Origin: Candidatus Omnitrophota bacterium
GTDB taxonomy: Bacteria; Omnitrophota; Gorgyraeia; Aquiviventales; Aquiviventaceae
NCBI GenBank assembly: GCA_023247215.1
Contig: JAHFGX010000001.1
Coordinates: 36,880 to 100,879, forward strand
Direction: 5' to 3'
Length of the DNA stretch: 64,000 nt
The translations under genes were made by a program, and so were the position numbers. Shown here in pieces: positions 1 to 9,092 of the stretch; position 1 is the stretch's first letter, and the number at the start of each line of letters is the position of its first letter. Under the pieces are notes generated by a model. It had not been told where the DNA came from. It ran no database searches and was given only the letters and a program-made list of their open reading frames with translations.

Positions 1-1
1 C

Positions 2-904
2 CGCTCCGATTCCCGGGTCCGCTACGTGCGTCATCCGCGCAACATCGGGATGCACGCCAACCACAACTTCTGCATCGAGCAGAGCCGCGGGGAGTTCCTC
101 TGCTTCTTTCATGACGACGATCTCTATGCGCCGCAGATCCTCAGCACCTACGTGGCCTTCCTTAAGGCGCACCCCGAGGCGGGCATCGTCTGCTCTGATT
201 GGGAGCTCATCAACGGCGCGGGGGAGCGCATCGGGCTGCGGACGGCGCGGGCGGAGAGGGTGACGCCGGGATTGGTCTATCTCGACCGGACGATCCGTTC
301 CGGGCGCTCCTCCATCGGCTGCCCCGGAGCGCTGATCCGCCGCTCGGCGTTGGGGTCGATCCGGTTCGACGAGCAGGGCCCGCCGGGATTCGGCGACTTC
401 GTGGTGTGGTTCCAGATCGCGGAGCGCTGGGCTGTCGGCCATCTCACGCAGCGGTTGTGGCGCTATCGCCTGCATGGGCGAAACGTGAGCTGCCGCACCA
501 TCGAGTCCATTGTGCGAGATTATGATCAGGTGCTGATCGCGTATTGCGACGGACATCTCGCCCGGTGGCCGGCCCATGGGCGGCTCGTGGCCCGCTGGCG
601 CCGCGCGATCCGGCAGTATCTCTTCTGGGCGCTCGCCTATGAACTGGGGCTCCATTTCCGCCAGGGCGATGCCCAATCGGTGGCGCCCTCATCGGCGCGG
701 ACGGTCTTCGAGGTGGTGGCCTACCGGTTAACCCCGGAGCAGCTCCACGACGCCCAACGCCAGTTGCGGACGTATCGCACGGGTGTCGTGCAGACGGCAG
801 CCCTCGTCGCCATGCACGGGCTGATCGACCTGCATCTGACGCAACCGCTGGCGTGGGCCACCCGCCACGCCGCCCTCGTCCGCGGATTGCTTGGACTGCG
901 GTAG
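2..904 (+). CDS. Glycosyltransferase family 2, C-terminal part; 5' end lies outside the window and the listed M at 26 is internal
   Basis: Frame stays open from position 2. The acidic motif FFHDDDLYAP and the SDWELING region are typical of GT2 catalytic and acceptor regions. Same strand as the rest of the locus. Confidence 0.6.
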   Translation, partial: RSDSRVRYVRHPRNIGMHANHNFCIEQSRGEFLCFFHDDDLYAPQILSTYVAFLKAHPEAGIVCSDWELINGAGERIGLRTARAERVTPGLVYLDRTIRSGRSSIGCPGALIRRSALGSIRFDEQGPPGFGDFVVWFQIAERWAVGHLTQRLWRYRLHGRNVSCRTIESIVRDYDQVLIAYCDGHLARWPAHGRLVARWRRAIRQYLFWALAYELGLHFRQGDAQSVAPSSARTVFEVVAYRLTPEQLHDAQRQLRTYRTGVVQTAALVAMHGLIDLHLTQPLAWATRHAALVRGLLGLR

Positions 905-938
905 CGCACCCGACTAGGATTCTCAAGATCTTCTGAAC

Positions 939-2834
939 ATGTGCGGGATCGTCGGCGTGTGGGATTGGCAGGGGCAGGCCACGGGCCAGCCGGCTTTGGA
1001 CGCCATGGTCCAGACCCTATGCCACCGCGGGCCGGATGGACGCGATGCCCGGCGGCTGCCGGGGCCCGGGGCGCCGGTCGGCTTGGGCCACGCGCGGCTG
1101 CGGATCATTGATCTCTCCTGCGCGGCGGACCAGCCGATGGCCAATGACGACCAGTCGGTCTGGGTGGTCTTCAACGGCGAGATCTACAATTACCGGGAAC
1201 TGCGCGCGCAGTTGCAAGCCCGGGGCTGGCGGTTCCGGACCGCGTCGGATACCGAGGTGCTGCTGCGGCTTTATGAGGCGGAGGGGATCGGCGGCGTCAC
1301 GCAGCTTGAGGGGATGTTCGCCTTCGCCGTCTGGGACGGGCGGCAGCAGACGCTGTGGCTGGCGCGCGACCGCGTCGGCAAGAAGCCACTCTTCTACGCC
1401 GCCTCGCCGGCGCGGTTTCTCTTTGCCTCCGAGCCCAAGGCGATCCGCCGCCATCCGGAGTGGACGAGCCGGGTGAACACTGACTCGCTTCCGTCACTGT
1501 TCTTCTACGGCTATGTCCCAGCTCCGGACACCTGCCTTGCCGGGATCTCCGAGCTTTCTCCCGGCCACACGCTCCGGGTGGATGCCGCCGGCTCCGTGCA
1601 GGCGCAGGCCTATTGGGACGTGCCGCTGCCGGAGCCGGGAGCCCAGCCGTCCTCGTTGGAGGACGCGGCGGCTCGCGTGCGCACGTTGGTCGAGGCGGCC
1701 GTGGCGCGCCGCCTGGTCGCCGATGTCCCGCTGGGCGCCTTCTTGAGCGGCGGGCTGGACTCTTCAATCGTGGTGGGTGTGATGAGCCGGCTCCACCCCG
1801 AGCCGGTGCGGACGTTCAGCATTGGGTTTGCCGGGGACCCGCGCTTTGACGAAACCGCCTATGCGCGCGCCGTCTCCAAGCGGTTCCGCACGGCGCACAC
1901 GGAATTCATCGTTACGCCGGACGCGGTGAAGCTGGTGGAGCGCCTGGTCTGGCATCATGACGGACCGTTTGCCGATTCCTCGGCGATTCCCACCTATCTC
2001 TTGGCTGAACTGACGCGCCAGCACGTGACCGTGGCGCTCACCGGCGACGGAGGCGATGAGCTGTTTGCCGGCTACTCGCGGTTTGTCGCCGCGCTGGCCG
2101 CCGAGCGGGTGCCGCTGCCCCTCCGACAGGCGGCGCAGCAGGCCGCGTCGTGGGGCCCGGGTCGCGCGAGCAGCCGCGGCCTGTGGCGCGATCTGCGCAA
2201 GTTCGCCTCACACGCCAGCCGGCCGCTCTCCGAACGCTTCAGCCGCTGGGCGGCGGTGTTCTCTGACGATCTGCCGGAGCTGCTGCCGGACGCGTGCCGG
2301 TGGGGCCGCGACGAGCCGCCTGCGCCCTTGAGCCGCCTCGCTCCGTACGTGGAGCGCTCGCGGGGAGCTTCGGCGCTGACGCAACTGCTGTACGTCAATC
2401 TCAAAACCTATCTCCCCGGCGACCTGCTGGTCAAAATGGACCGCTGCACGATGGCGCACGCGCTGGAAGCGCGCTCGCCGTTTCTGGACCGCGAGCTGAT
2501 GGAATACGCCTTCACGCTGCCGGATGCGATGAAGCTCGAGGGCCGGCAGACGAAAGCCGTGCTGCGCCGGGCCTTCGCAGACCTGGTGCCGGCGGAGGTG
2601 CTCCGGCGCAGGAAAATGGGTTTTGGCGTGCCGCTGGCCCGGTGGTTCCGCCAGGACTTGCGCGACTTCGTGCAGGACGCGCTGCTCCCGCCGGAGGCGC
2701 GGCTGCGCCGCTACGTCAACCATACCTATGTCCAGCGGTTGGTGAAGGAGCACGAGCAGGGACGCGCGGACCATGCCCATCGCCTCTGGACCCTGCTGAC
2801 GTTCGAGGTCTGGCTCCGGGGCTTGGAGTCGTAA
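939..2834 (+). CDS. asnB: Asparagine synthetase (glutamine-hydrolysing) family amidotransferase; WbpS/WbpG-like enzyme of glycan loci
   Basis: N-terminal MCGIVG class-II glutamine amidotransferase nucleophile. Central SGGLDSS PP-loop ATP pyrophosphatase motif. Length 631 aa fits AsnB. Confidence 0.85.
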   Translation: MCGIVGVWDWQGQATGQPALDAMVQTLCHRGPDGRDARRLPGPGAPVGLGHARLRIIDLSCAADQPMANDDQSVWVVFNGEIYNYRELRAQLQARGWRFRTASDTEVLLRLYEAEGIGGVTQLEGMFAFAVWDGRQQTLWLARDRVGKKPLFYAASPARFLFASEPKAIRRHPEWTSRVNTDSLPSLFFYGYVPAPDTCLAGISELSPGHTLRVDAAGSVQAQAYWDVPLPEPGAQPSSLEDAAARVRTLVEAAVARRLVADVPLGAFLSGGLDSSIVVGVMSRLHPEPVRTFSIGFAGDPRFDETAYARAVSKRFRTAHTEFIVTPDAVKLVERLVWHHDGPFADSSAIPTYLLAELTRQHVTVALTGDGGDELFAGYSRFVAALAAERVPLPLRQAAQQAASWGPGRASSRGLWRDLRKFASHASRPLSERFSRWAAVFSDDLPELLPDACRWGRDEPPAPLSRLAPYVERSRGASALTQLLYVNLKTYLPGDLLVKMDRCTMAHALEARSPFLDRELMEYAFTLPDAMKLEGRQTKAVLRRAFADLVPAEVLRRRKMGFGVPLARWFRQDLRDFVQDALLPPEARLRRYVNHTYVQRLVKEHEQGRADHAHRLWTLLTFEVWLRGLES

Positions 2835-2842
2835 AAATTCCC

Positions 2843-2871
2843 TTGCGAGCGCTCAATGCCGTGCCCTATAA
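2843..2871 (+). promoter_or_regulatory. Candidate sigma70-like promoter: TTGCGA - 17 bp - TATAAT
   Basis: TTGCGA at 2843-2848 and a perfect TATAAT at 2866-2871 with a 17-bp spacer. It sits in the 37-bp intergenic gap upstream of the regulator gene, in an otherwise GC-rich context. Confidence 0.4.
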
Positions 2872-2886
2872 TTGAGTGTTCAAAAT

Positions 2887-3552
2887 ATGAACACTGAAGT
2901 CTACCGCGAGTTCCAGTTCCTGACGGAGATCTCTTCGGGAGATGCCGTAACCCAGCGGCGCCTGGCCAAGAAGTACGGCCTGGCGCTGGGTCTCACCAAT
3001 TTTCTGATCCGCCGGCTGGTCAAGAAAGGCTGCATCAAGATCGTCAACCTCCAGCGCAAACGCCTGCGCTACTTCTTGACTCCCAAGGGCATGGCGGAAA
3101 AGGCGCGGCTCAGCTATGAATATCTTGATTACTCGCTCGCCTTGTATCGCCACCTGCGCACCCTCCTGACCCATATTCTCCATCTGATCCGCGCCTCCGG
3201 CGGGACGCGCGTGGCCCTCTACGGCACGGGCGAGCTGGCGGAGATCGCCTTCCTCTTAGTGCAGCAGCACGGCTTGCAGATCGTCGCCGTGGTGGATGAA
3301 GCGTCTGCAGGCACCGTGTTCATGGACCGTCCGGTGCAGCCGGTGGCCGCGCTGGCCGGCGGTGCCTGCGACTTCGTCGTGGTCGCGTCTTTCGCGGATT
3401 TGGAGCGGATCCGTCAGCGCCTGGGGGAGGCCGGCGTGCCTGCCGAGCGCATCCTGGCGCTGTCGGATCGCGCCCCGATGCCAGCCGCATCTCAGGGCTC
3501 GTTGCTGCCAGCGATTCCGCTGGCTGAAGAAGAGGGAGCGCTCAGCCGATGA
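2887..3552 (+). CDS. Winged-helix transcriptional regulator with C-terminal Rossmann-like domain (alternative TTG start at 2872)
   Basis: N-terminal DAVTQRRLAKKYGLALGLTNFLIRRL is a wHTH signature. C-terminal RVALYGTGELAEIAFLLVQQHGLQIVAVVDE is Rossmann-like. It is the only regulator-like gene in the locus. Confidence 0.55.
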   Translation: MNTEVYREFQFLTEISSGDAVTQRRLAKKYGLALGLTNFLIRRLVKKGCIKIVNLQRKRLRYFLTPKGMAEKARLSYEYLDYSLALYRHLRTLLTHILHLIRASGGTRVALYGTGELAEIAFLLVQQHGLQIVAVVDEASAGTVFMDRPVQPVAALAGGACDFVVVASFADLERIRQRLGEAGVPAERILALSDRAPMPAASQGSLLPAIPLAEEEGALSR

Positions 3553-4286
3553 TTGTGCGGATGAAGCGTCGGCCGGTTCGCGCCCTGCTGCTTGCGGCGG
3601 CGCTCGCCGGCTGCTGGTCGCTCACCCGGCCGGCGATCACGCGGCAAGGCGTCAATTTCCGCGTGACCGAACATGCCGTGCCGCAGTATGCCAAGGCTGT
3701 GGATTTCCTCCGCCGGGACGGCGAGTACCGCGCCCTGGCCGCGCAGATCGTCCAGGGTCTTCACACCGACCGCGAGCGCGCCCTGGCGGTGTTCGAGTGG
3801 ACGCGCGGCCACATCCGCCCGATCCCGCAGGGATGGCCGGTGGTGGATGACCACGTGTGGCATATCATCATCCGAGGGTACGGGACCGACGACCAGATGG
3901 CCGATGTCTTCACCACCCTGTGCGCCTATGCCGGCGTGCCATCTTACTGGCGCTTCCTGCGTCATCCCGAGACTGGCGCCGTGCTGACCGTGTCGCTGGC
4001 GCGCCTGAATGGCCGCTGGGCGGTGTTTGACGTTCAGCATGACGCCATGTTCCAGGACGCGCAGGGCGGGTGGCTCACGCCGCAGGAGCTCGCCGCGGAT
4101 CCAGCCTTGTCGCATGTGGCGGATCGGGCGCGGGTGCTGGCCCAGGCGCCCTATCCGGCCTATTTCGCGGACCCGGCATTTCTTGCGCTGCCTCCGAGTC
4201 CGCTGCGTCCGGAACTGCAGATGCCGGGACCTCGATTAGCCTATGAGGCGCGGCGGGCGCTTCACCTCGCAGGGGTCGCTCAATGA
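3549..4286 (+). CDS. Lipoprotein with transglutaminase-like (Cys-His-Asp) domain
   Basis: Signal peptide plus lipobox LAGC at the N-terminus. Candidate catalytic triad spacing: TLCAYAG ... FDVQHD ... D. ATGA overlap with the upstream stop. Confidence 0.45.
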   Translation: MIVRMKRRPVRALLLAAALAGCWSLTRPAITRQGVNFRVTEHAVPQYAKAVDFLRRDGEYRALAAQIVQGLHTDRERALAVFEWTRGHIRPIPQGWPVVDDHVWHIIIRGYGTDDQMADVFTTLCAYAGVPSYWRFLRHPETGAVLTVSLARLNGRWAVFDVQHDAMFQDAQGGWLTPQELAADPALSHVADRARVLAQAPYPAYFADPAFLALPPSPLRPELQMPGPRLAYEARRALHLAGVAQ

Positions 4287-4396
4287 GCACGCCTCGAATT
4301 GGCCGGATCGCGCGTGGTTCGAGATGCGCCGGCTGCTCCATGTCGCGTGCGACTGGATGACCATCGCGGATGCCTAATCTGACCACAGGGGGAGCC

Positions 4397-5353
4397 ATGA
4401 GGATTGCGGAAGAAGAAACGCAGTTGGAGATCGCGCCGTTCATTAAATCCTTGCAGGAGGAGCCGTGGCCGGTTGCGGAGCATGTGCTGGTCATCGGCGA
4501 AATCGGCATCAACCATAACGGCGATCTGGGCATCGCCCAGCAGCTCATCGACATGGCCAAGGCGGCCGGAGCCGACGCGGTGAAGTTCCAAAAGCGCACG
4601 GTGGACCTGGTCTACACGAAGGAGTTCCTCGATTCGCCGCGGGAAAGCCCCTGGGGCCATACGCAGCGGGCGCAGAAAGCAGCGCTGGAATTCGGCCGGA
4701 ACGAGTATGACCAGATCGACGCCTATTGCCGGAACGTCGGGATCGATTGGTTCGCCTCGGCCTGGGATGTTCCGAGCCAGCTATTTCTGAGGCCCTATCA
4801 CTTGAAATACAACAAGATCGCCTCGCCCATGGTCACCCACCGGGAGCTGCTGGAGACGGTGGCGGACGAGCGCAAGCTCACGCTCCTGTCGACGGGCATG
4901 AGCGATTACGAGCAGCTCGACGCGGCGGTCGACGTGTTCCGGCGCCATCGCTGCCCGTTCATCCTCATGCATTGCGTCTCGGAGTACCCGGCGCCGGAAG
5001 GCGCGCTGAACTTGCGCTGTCTCGTGGAGCTGCGCCGCCGCTACAACTGTCCGGTGGGCTACAGCGGGCATGAGGTCACGATGGTGCCCGGGGTGCTGGC
5101 CGCCATGATGGGTGCGGTCGCGGTTGAGCGGCATATCACGCTGGATCGCGCCATGTACGGCAGCGACCAGGCCGCCTCGCTGGAGAAGCGCGGACTGGAA
5201 ATGCTCACGAGCTACATCCGCACCATTCCGATTGTCTTCGGCGACGGCGTCAAGCGCGTCACGCCTGGAGAAGCGGCCAACGCGAAGAAGTTGCGGTATT
5301 GGGGCATGTTCCACGGTCCGTCATCAGGATGGGAGACGCCGGGAGCCCGATGA
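4397..5353 (+). CDS. neuB: N-acylneuraminate (nonulosonic acid) synthase family protein, NeuB/PseI/LegI-like TIM barrel; no C-terminal SAF domain
   Basis: GEIGINHNGDL signature and further NeuB-family conservation (CPVGYSGHE, ERHITLD). GGGGGAG Shine-Dalgarno 6 bp upstream of the ATG at 4397; the alternative ATG at 4370 has none. At 318 aa it ends where the SAF/antifreeze-like domain would normally begin. Confidence 0.8.
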   Translation: MRIAEEETQLEIAPFIKSLQEEPWPVAEHVLVIGEIGINHNGDLGIAQQLIDMAKAAGADAVKFQKRTVDLVYTKEFLDSPRESPWGHTQRAQKAALEFGRNEYDQIDAYCRNVGIDWFASAWDVPSQLFLRPYHLKYNKIASPMVTHRELLETVADERKLTLLSTGMSDYEQLDAAVDVFRRHRCPFILMHCVSEYPAPEGALNLRCLVELRRRYNCPVGYSGHEVTMVPGVLAAMMGAVAVERHITLDRAMYGSDQAASLEKRGLEMLTSYIRTIPIVFGDGVKRVTPGEAANAKKLRYWGMFHGPSSGWETPGAR

Positions 5354-5655
5354 TCTACTGTTTCGACATTGACGGCACGCTGTGCACCGACACCGGCGGC
5401 AAGTACGCCTCGGCCGAGCCGCATCCGCAGATCATTGCGCAGGTGAACGCGCTGTTTACCCAGGGCCACCGCATCATTCTCTATACGGCGCGCGGATCGT
5501 CCACCGGCATGGACTGGCGCTCCGTGACAGAGCGGCAACTGAAGGAGTGGGGCATCCAGCACCATGAGCTGCACTTCGGCAAGCCTCGGGCGGATGTCTT
5601 CGTTGATGATAAGGCGGTCAATGTGGCCGTCTTCCGCGAACGGCAGCTTGCATGA
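5350..5655 (+). CDS. Small HAD-superfamily phosphatase (about 101 aa)
   Basis: Motif I FDIDGTLC, motif II YTARG, Lys, and motif IV FVDDK. ATGA overlap with NeuB on one side and with the cytidylyltransferase on the other. Confidence 0.65.
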   Translation: MIYCFDIDGTLCTDTGGKYASAEPHPQIIAQVNALFTQGHRIILYTARGSSTGMDWRSVTERQLKEWGIQHHELHFGKPRADVFVDDKAVNVAVFRERQLA

Positions 5656-6395
5656 ACCTGGCTGCGCTGATCCCCGCTCGAGGCGGGTCCAAAGGCATCC
5701 CGAAGAAAAACCTCCGGAGGCTGGGGGACCATCCGCTTCTCGCCTATTCGATCGCGGCCGCGCGCGCCTGTCCCGCTATCGATCGCGTCATGGTCTCGAC
5801 GGACTCCCCGGAGATTGCCGAGGTCGCCCGCGCGTATGGCGCGGACATCCCGTTTGTGCGTCCGGCGGAATTTGCGCAGGACGCCTCGACCGATTTTGAC
5901 GTGGTGCAGCACGTGTTGCAGTCGTTGCAGCAGGCCCGGCCGGACTGGATCGTGTTCTGCCGCCCCACCACGCCGCTGCGCGATCCATCGCTGCTGTCCG
6001 CGGCGATCGAGTTGCTGAAATCGCGGAAGGACGCGACGTCGCTGCGTTCGGTCCACGAGCTGGCTGAGCCGCCGCAGAAAATGATGGGGATGACGGATGG
6101 CTTGCTCACCGGTCTGTTTCCTCATGAGACGAGGAGCGAATACTACAATCTCCCCCGGCAGGCGTTCCCGCCCGCCTATCACCCGAACGGCTATGTGGAC
6201 ATCATGCGCAGCGAGGTGGTGCTCCACCAGCGCGCGCTGTACGGCCCGCGCGTGCTCGCGTTCGTCACCCCCATCGTTACCGAAGTGGACCGCCAGGAGG
6301 ACCTGGACTACCTGGCCTACCAGCTGGCGCAGCACCCGTCGCCGCTGAGCCGGTTGTTGGACGCAGAGCAGTCGGTGGCGGGACGGAGAGGTTGA
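5652..6395 (+). CDS. neuA: Acylneuraminate cytidylyltransferase (CMP-nonulosonic acid synthetase), NeuA/PseF/LegF-like
   Basis: N-terminal LIPARGGSKGIPKKNL is a CTP_transf_3 signature of NeuA type. About 247 aa. Confidence 0.8.
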   Translation: MNLAALIPARGGSKGIPKKNLRRLGDHPLLAYSIAAARACPAIDRVMVSTDSPEIAEVARAYGADIPFVRPAEFAQDASTDFDVVQHVLQSLQQARPDWIVFCRPTTPLRDPSLLSAAIELLKSRKDATSLRSVHELAEPPQKMMGMTDGLLTGLFPHETRSEYYNLPRQAFPPAYHPNGYVDIMRSEVVLHQRALYGPRVLAFVTPIVTEVDRQEDLDYLAYQLAQHPSPLSRLLDAEQSVAGRRG

Positions 6396-6397
6396 GC

Positions 6398-7780
6398 ATG
6401 GCAACCTCGGTGGCCGAGACGACCGCCTTTGGCATGACGCCGACCGTGGTGCCGCAGGTCCGGACGAAATTCCGCCGCATTCAGACGCCGCTGCCCGTCC
6501 CTGATTCGCTGCCGGTGCTGGAAGCGTTGTCGGCGTATGAAGCGAGGTCCATGCACGGCCAGCTGCCGGTGGTGTGGGACCGGGCCAAGGATTTTCAGGT
6601 GTGGGACCGGTTCGGCAACTGTTGGATCGACTTCACCTCGACGATTTTTGTGGCCAATGTCGGGCACGCGAATCCGGCGGTCACGCAGGCGATTGAGGAC
6701 GCGCTGAAGCAGGGCCTGGTGCACAGCTACACGTTTGCGACCGAGATCAGGGCGCGCTACCTGCGGCAGCTGATCCACGCGACGCCGCGCGAATGCGAGA
6801 AGGCGTTCCTGGTGTCTTCCGGAACCGAGGCGACCGAATGCGCGGTCAAGCTGATCCGGCTGCACGGGCGCGCGGCCGGCAAGCGCCGCGGCGGCGTGGT
6901 GTCGTTTGAAGGCAGCATGCATGGTCGGACGATGCTGGCCCAAATGCTGGGCGGCACCCCCGCGGCGCGCGCCTGGATCGGCTATGACGATCCGAACGTG
7001 CACCGGCTCCCGTTTCCGTGCCCCTGGGAGGTGCAGGATGGCGCAGAACGATTTGCCCAGGATCTGGCGCATCTGGCGGCGCAGGGCGTGGATGCCGAGC
7101 AGGATCTCGCGGGATTTATCCTTGAGCCGTACCTCGGCTGGGGGGCGATCTTTTTTCCGTCGGCCTACGTGCAGGCGCTGGCTCAGTTTACGCGGCAGCA
7201 TCACATCCTGCTTGTCTTCGACGAAATCCAGGCCGGATTCGGCCGGACCGGCCGATGGTTTGCGTATCAGCATTACGGGGTGGAAGCCGACCTGGTTTGC
7301 TGCGGCAAAGGCATGAGCTCCAGCCTGCCGCTGGCGGGCGTGCTGGGCAAGGCCTCGCTGCTGGATTTGCCTGAAGCCGGGTCCATGAGCAGCACGCATT
7401 CGGCGAATCCGCTCAGCTGCGCGGCGGGCCTGGCGACGCTGCAGCAGATGGAAGCGCTGGATCTGGTCCAGGCCTCGCAGCGGAAGGGGGAGCGGCTCTT
7501 GGCGGGACTGCATGAGATCCAGCGGCGATTTCCGGCGCATGTCCTGCGCGTGTGCGGCAAGGGTTTGCTCGCGGCGCTGCATCTGGCTGATCCGGCCACG
7601 GGCCTTCCGGACACGGCCACGGCCAGCCGGGTGTGCGAGCGGGCGATGCAGAAGGGATTGCTCGTGGTGCATACCGGACGGGAGTCCATCAAGATCGGCC
7701 CGCCGTTGACCATCAGCGACGAGGCGCTGGCCGAGGGCGTCGAGGTCCTGGCCGAGGCCCTGCAGGAGATCATTGGATGA
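6398..7780 (+). CDS. Class-III PLP-dependent aminotransferase (acetylornithine/GABA aminotransferase fold); alternative TTG start at 6392
   Basis: About 460 aa. Gly-rich PLP-binding region VSSGTEATECAVKL; DEIQ region FDEIQAGFGRTG. The catalytic lysine region is less clearly seen. The family call rests on overall similarity. Confidence 0.65.
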   Translation: MATSVAETTAFGMTPTVVPQVRTKFRRIQTPLPVPDSLPVLEALSAYEARSMHGQLPVVWDRAKDFQVWDRFGNCWIDFTSTIFVANVGHANPAVTQAIEDALKQGLVHSYTFATEIRARYLRQLIHATPRECEKAFLVSSGTEATECAVKLIRLHGRAAGKRRGGVVSFEGSMHGRTMLAQMLGGTPAARAWIGYDDPNVHRLPFPCPWEVQDGAERFAQDLAHLAAQGVDAEQDLAGFILEPYLGWGAIFFPSAYVQALAQFTRQHHILLVFDEIQAGFGRTGRWFAYQHYGVEADLVCCGKGMSSSLPLAGVLGKASLLDLPEAGSMSSTHSANPLSCAAGLATLQQMEALDLVQASQRKGERLLAGLHEIQRRFPAHVLRVCGKGLLAALHLADPATGLPDTATASRVCERAMQKGLLVVHTGRESIKIGPPLTISDEALAEGVEVLAEALQEIIG

Positions 7781-8235
7781 TCGCCGCCGAGCGCAAAGGC
7801 ATCGCGGTGCGGCACGTCGGCGTCGTGGTCAAGGATCTGGAACGGTCGCTGCAGTTCTATCGCGATCTGTTGGGGCTGCGCGTTGTGACGCGCAGGGAGG
7901 AAGCCGGCGAGTATCTTGATCGCTTGCTGGCATTGAAGAACGCCAGGATGACGACGGTGAAGCTGGCCGCTGCGGAGGGGGGCGCCGTCATCGAGTTGCT
8001 GCGGTTCCATTCGCCTCAGGGTGCAGCGGAGGCACCGCGGACGATCTGCACGCCCGGCCCCACGCATGTGGCCTTTGGCGTGGAGGATCTGGCGGCGCTG
8101 TATCAGCGGCTGCGGCAGGCCGGCATCCGGTTCAACGCGCCGCCGCAGCGCTCCCCGGACGGCTCCGCCAAGGTGTGTTGCTGCCAGGACCCGGATGGCA
8201 TGACGATCGAATTGGTCGAGGTGCTGTCCTCATGA
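7777..8235 (+). CDS. VOC (glyoxalase / bleomycin-resistance / dioxygenase) family protein
   Basis: HVGVVVKDLERSLQFYRDLLG and HVAFGVEDL paired beta-alpha-beta-beta-beta modules. ATGA overlap with the aminotransferase stop. Confidence 0.65.
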   Translation: MIAAERKGIAVRHVGVVVKDLERSLQFYRDLLGLRVVTRREEAGEYLDRLLALKNARMTTVKLAAAEGGAVIELLRFHSPQGAAEAPRTICTPGPTHVAFGVEDLAALYQRLRQAGIRFNAPPQRSPDGSAKVCCCQDPDGMTIELVEVLSS

Positions 8236-9092
8236 GCGTGGCGATTGGGATCATGCAGGGCCGGCTGTCCCCGCCGGCGAATGGACGAATTCAATCGTTC
8301 CCCGTGGCGACGTGGCGCGAGGAATTTGCGCTGGCCCGCGAAGCCGGGCTGGCCTGCATTGAATGGGTGTATGAGCAAGAGACGGCGCGGGACCATCCGC
8401 TGATGACCGAGGCCGGCATCGCGGATCTCCGGTGGCTGTCGCAGCAATCCGGCATCACAGTGCGCTCCATCTGCGCCGACTGTTACATGACCGACCGCCT
8501 GATCACGGCAGCCGGCGAGGTGAGGTCGTGCAACGTCACTCATCTGCGATGGCTGATGGATCGCGCCGCCGGCCTGGGCAGCCGGCACATCGTGCTGCCG
8601 TTTGTGGATGGTTCCTCCCTGCGTTCTCAGCGTGAGCGGGAAGCGCTGCTTGCGCTGCTGCGTGAGGTGCGGTCTGATGTTGAGCGCTCCGGTATGGCGC
8701 TCCACATCGAGAGCGATTTGAGCCCGCAGGAGCAGGTGCGGGTCATGACCGCCGTCAACCATCCGCTGATCCGCATCACGTATGACATGGGTAACTGCGC
8801 CGCCGCGGGCCATGATCCGCAGGAAGAGCTCGACGCGATCGGCCCCTGGCTCGGCAGCGTGCATGTGAAGGATCGCACGCTGGGCGGCGGCACGGTCCCG
8901 CTTGGCACTGGCGCGGTGGATTTTCCAGCCTGCTTCCGGATCTTTCATGAGCTGGGATTCGCCGGTCCGTTTATTCTCCAAGCGGCCCGCGATTCCAGCG
9001 TCACCGAGCTGGAGCACGCCAAGCGCAATCGCGCCTTTGTGGAGCAGTATCTTGAGCAGGCGGCCTGGGATGGATCTGCGTCTGCGCGGTAA
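8232..9092 (+). CDS. Sugar phosphate isomerase/epimerase (xylose-isomerase-like TIM barrel) family protein
   Basis: AP-endonuclease-2/xylose-isomerase-like TIM pattern: IEWVYE, HIVLPF, LHIESD, GSVHVKD. ATGA overlap. Confidence 0.55.
   Translation: MSVAIGIMQGRLSPPANGRIQSFPVATWREEFALAREAGLACIEWVYEQETARDHPLMTEAGIADLRWLSQQSGITVRSICADCYMTDRLITAAGEVRSCNVTHLRWLMDRAAGLGSRHIVLPFVDGSSLRSQREREALLALLREVRSDVERSGMALHIESDLSPQEQVRVMTAVNHPLIRITYDMGNCAAAGHDPQEELDAIGPWLGSVHVKDRTLGGGTVPLGTGAVDFPACFRIFHELGFAGPFILQAARDSSVTELEHAKRNRAFVEQYLEQAAWDGSASAR

Noticed and set aside
4370-4396. Upstream ATG (4370) as the NeuB start
   Set aside because: The ATG at 4397 is preceded by a strong GGGGGAG Shine-Dalgarno at ideal spacing and 4370 has none. 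Several other track ORFs likewise start upstream of the real start, inside the preceding gene.
6317-7672. 451-aa minus-strand ORF antisense to the class-III aminotransferase
   Set aside because: Arg/Gln-rich low-complexity translation with no motifs. The sense-strand gene has strong family signatures. A GC-shadow artefact.
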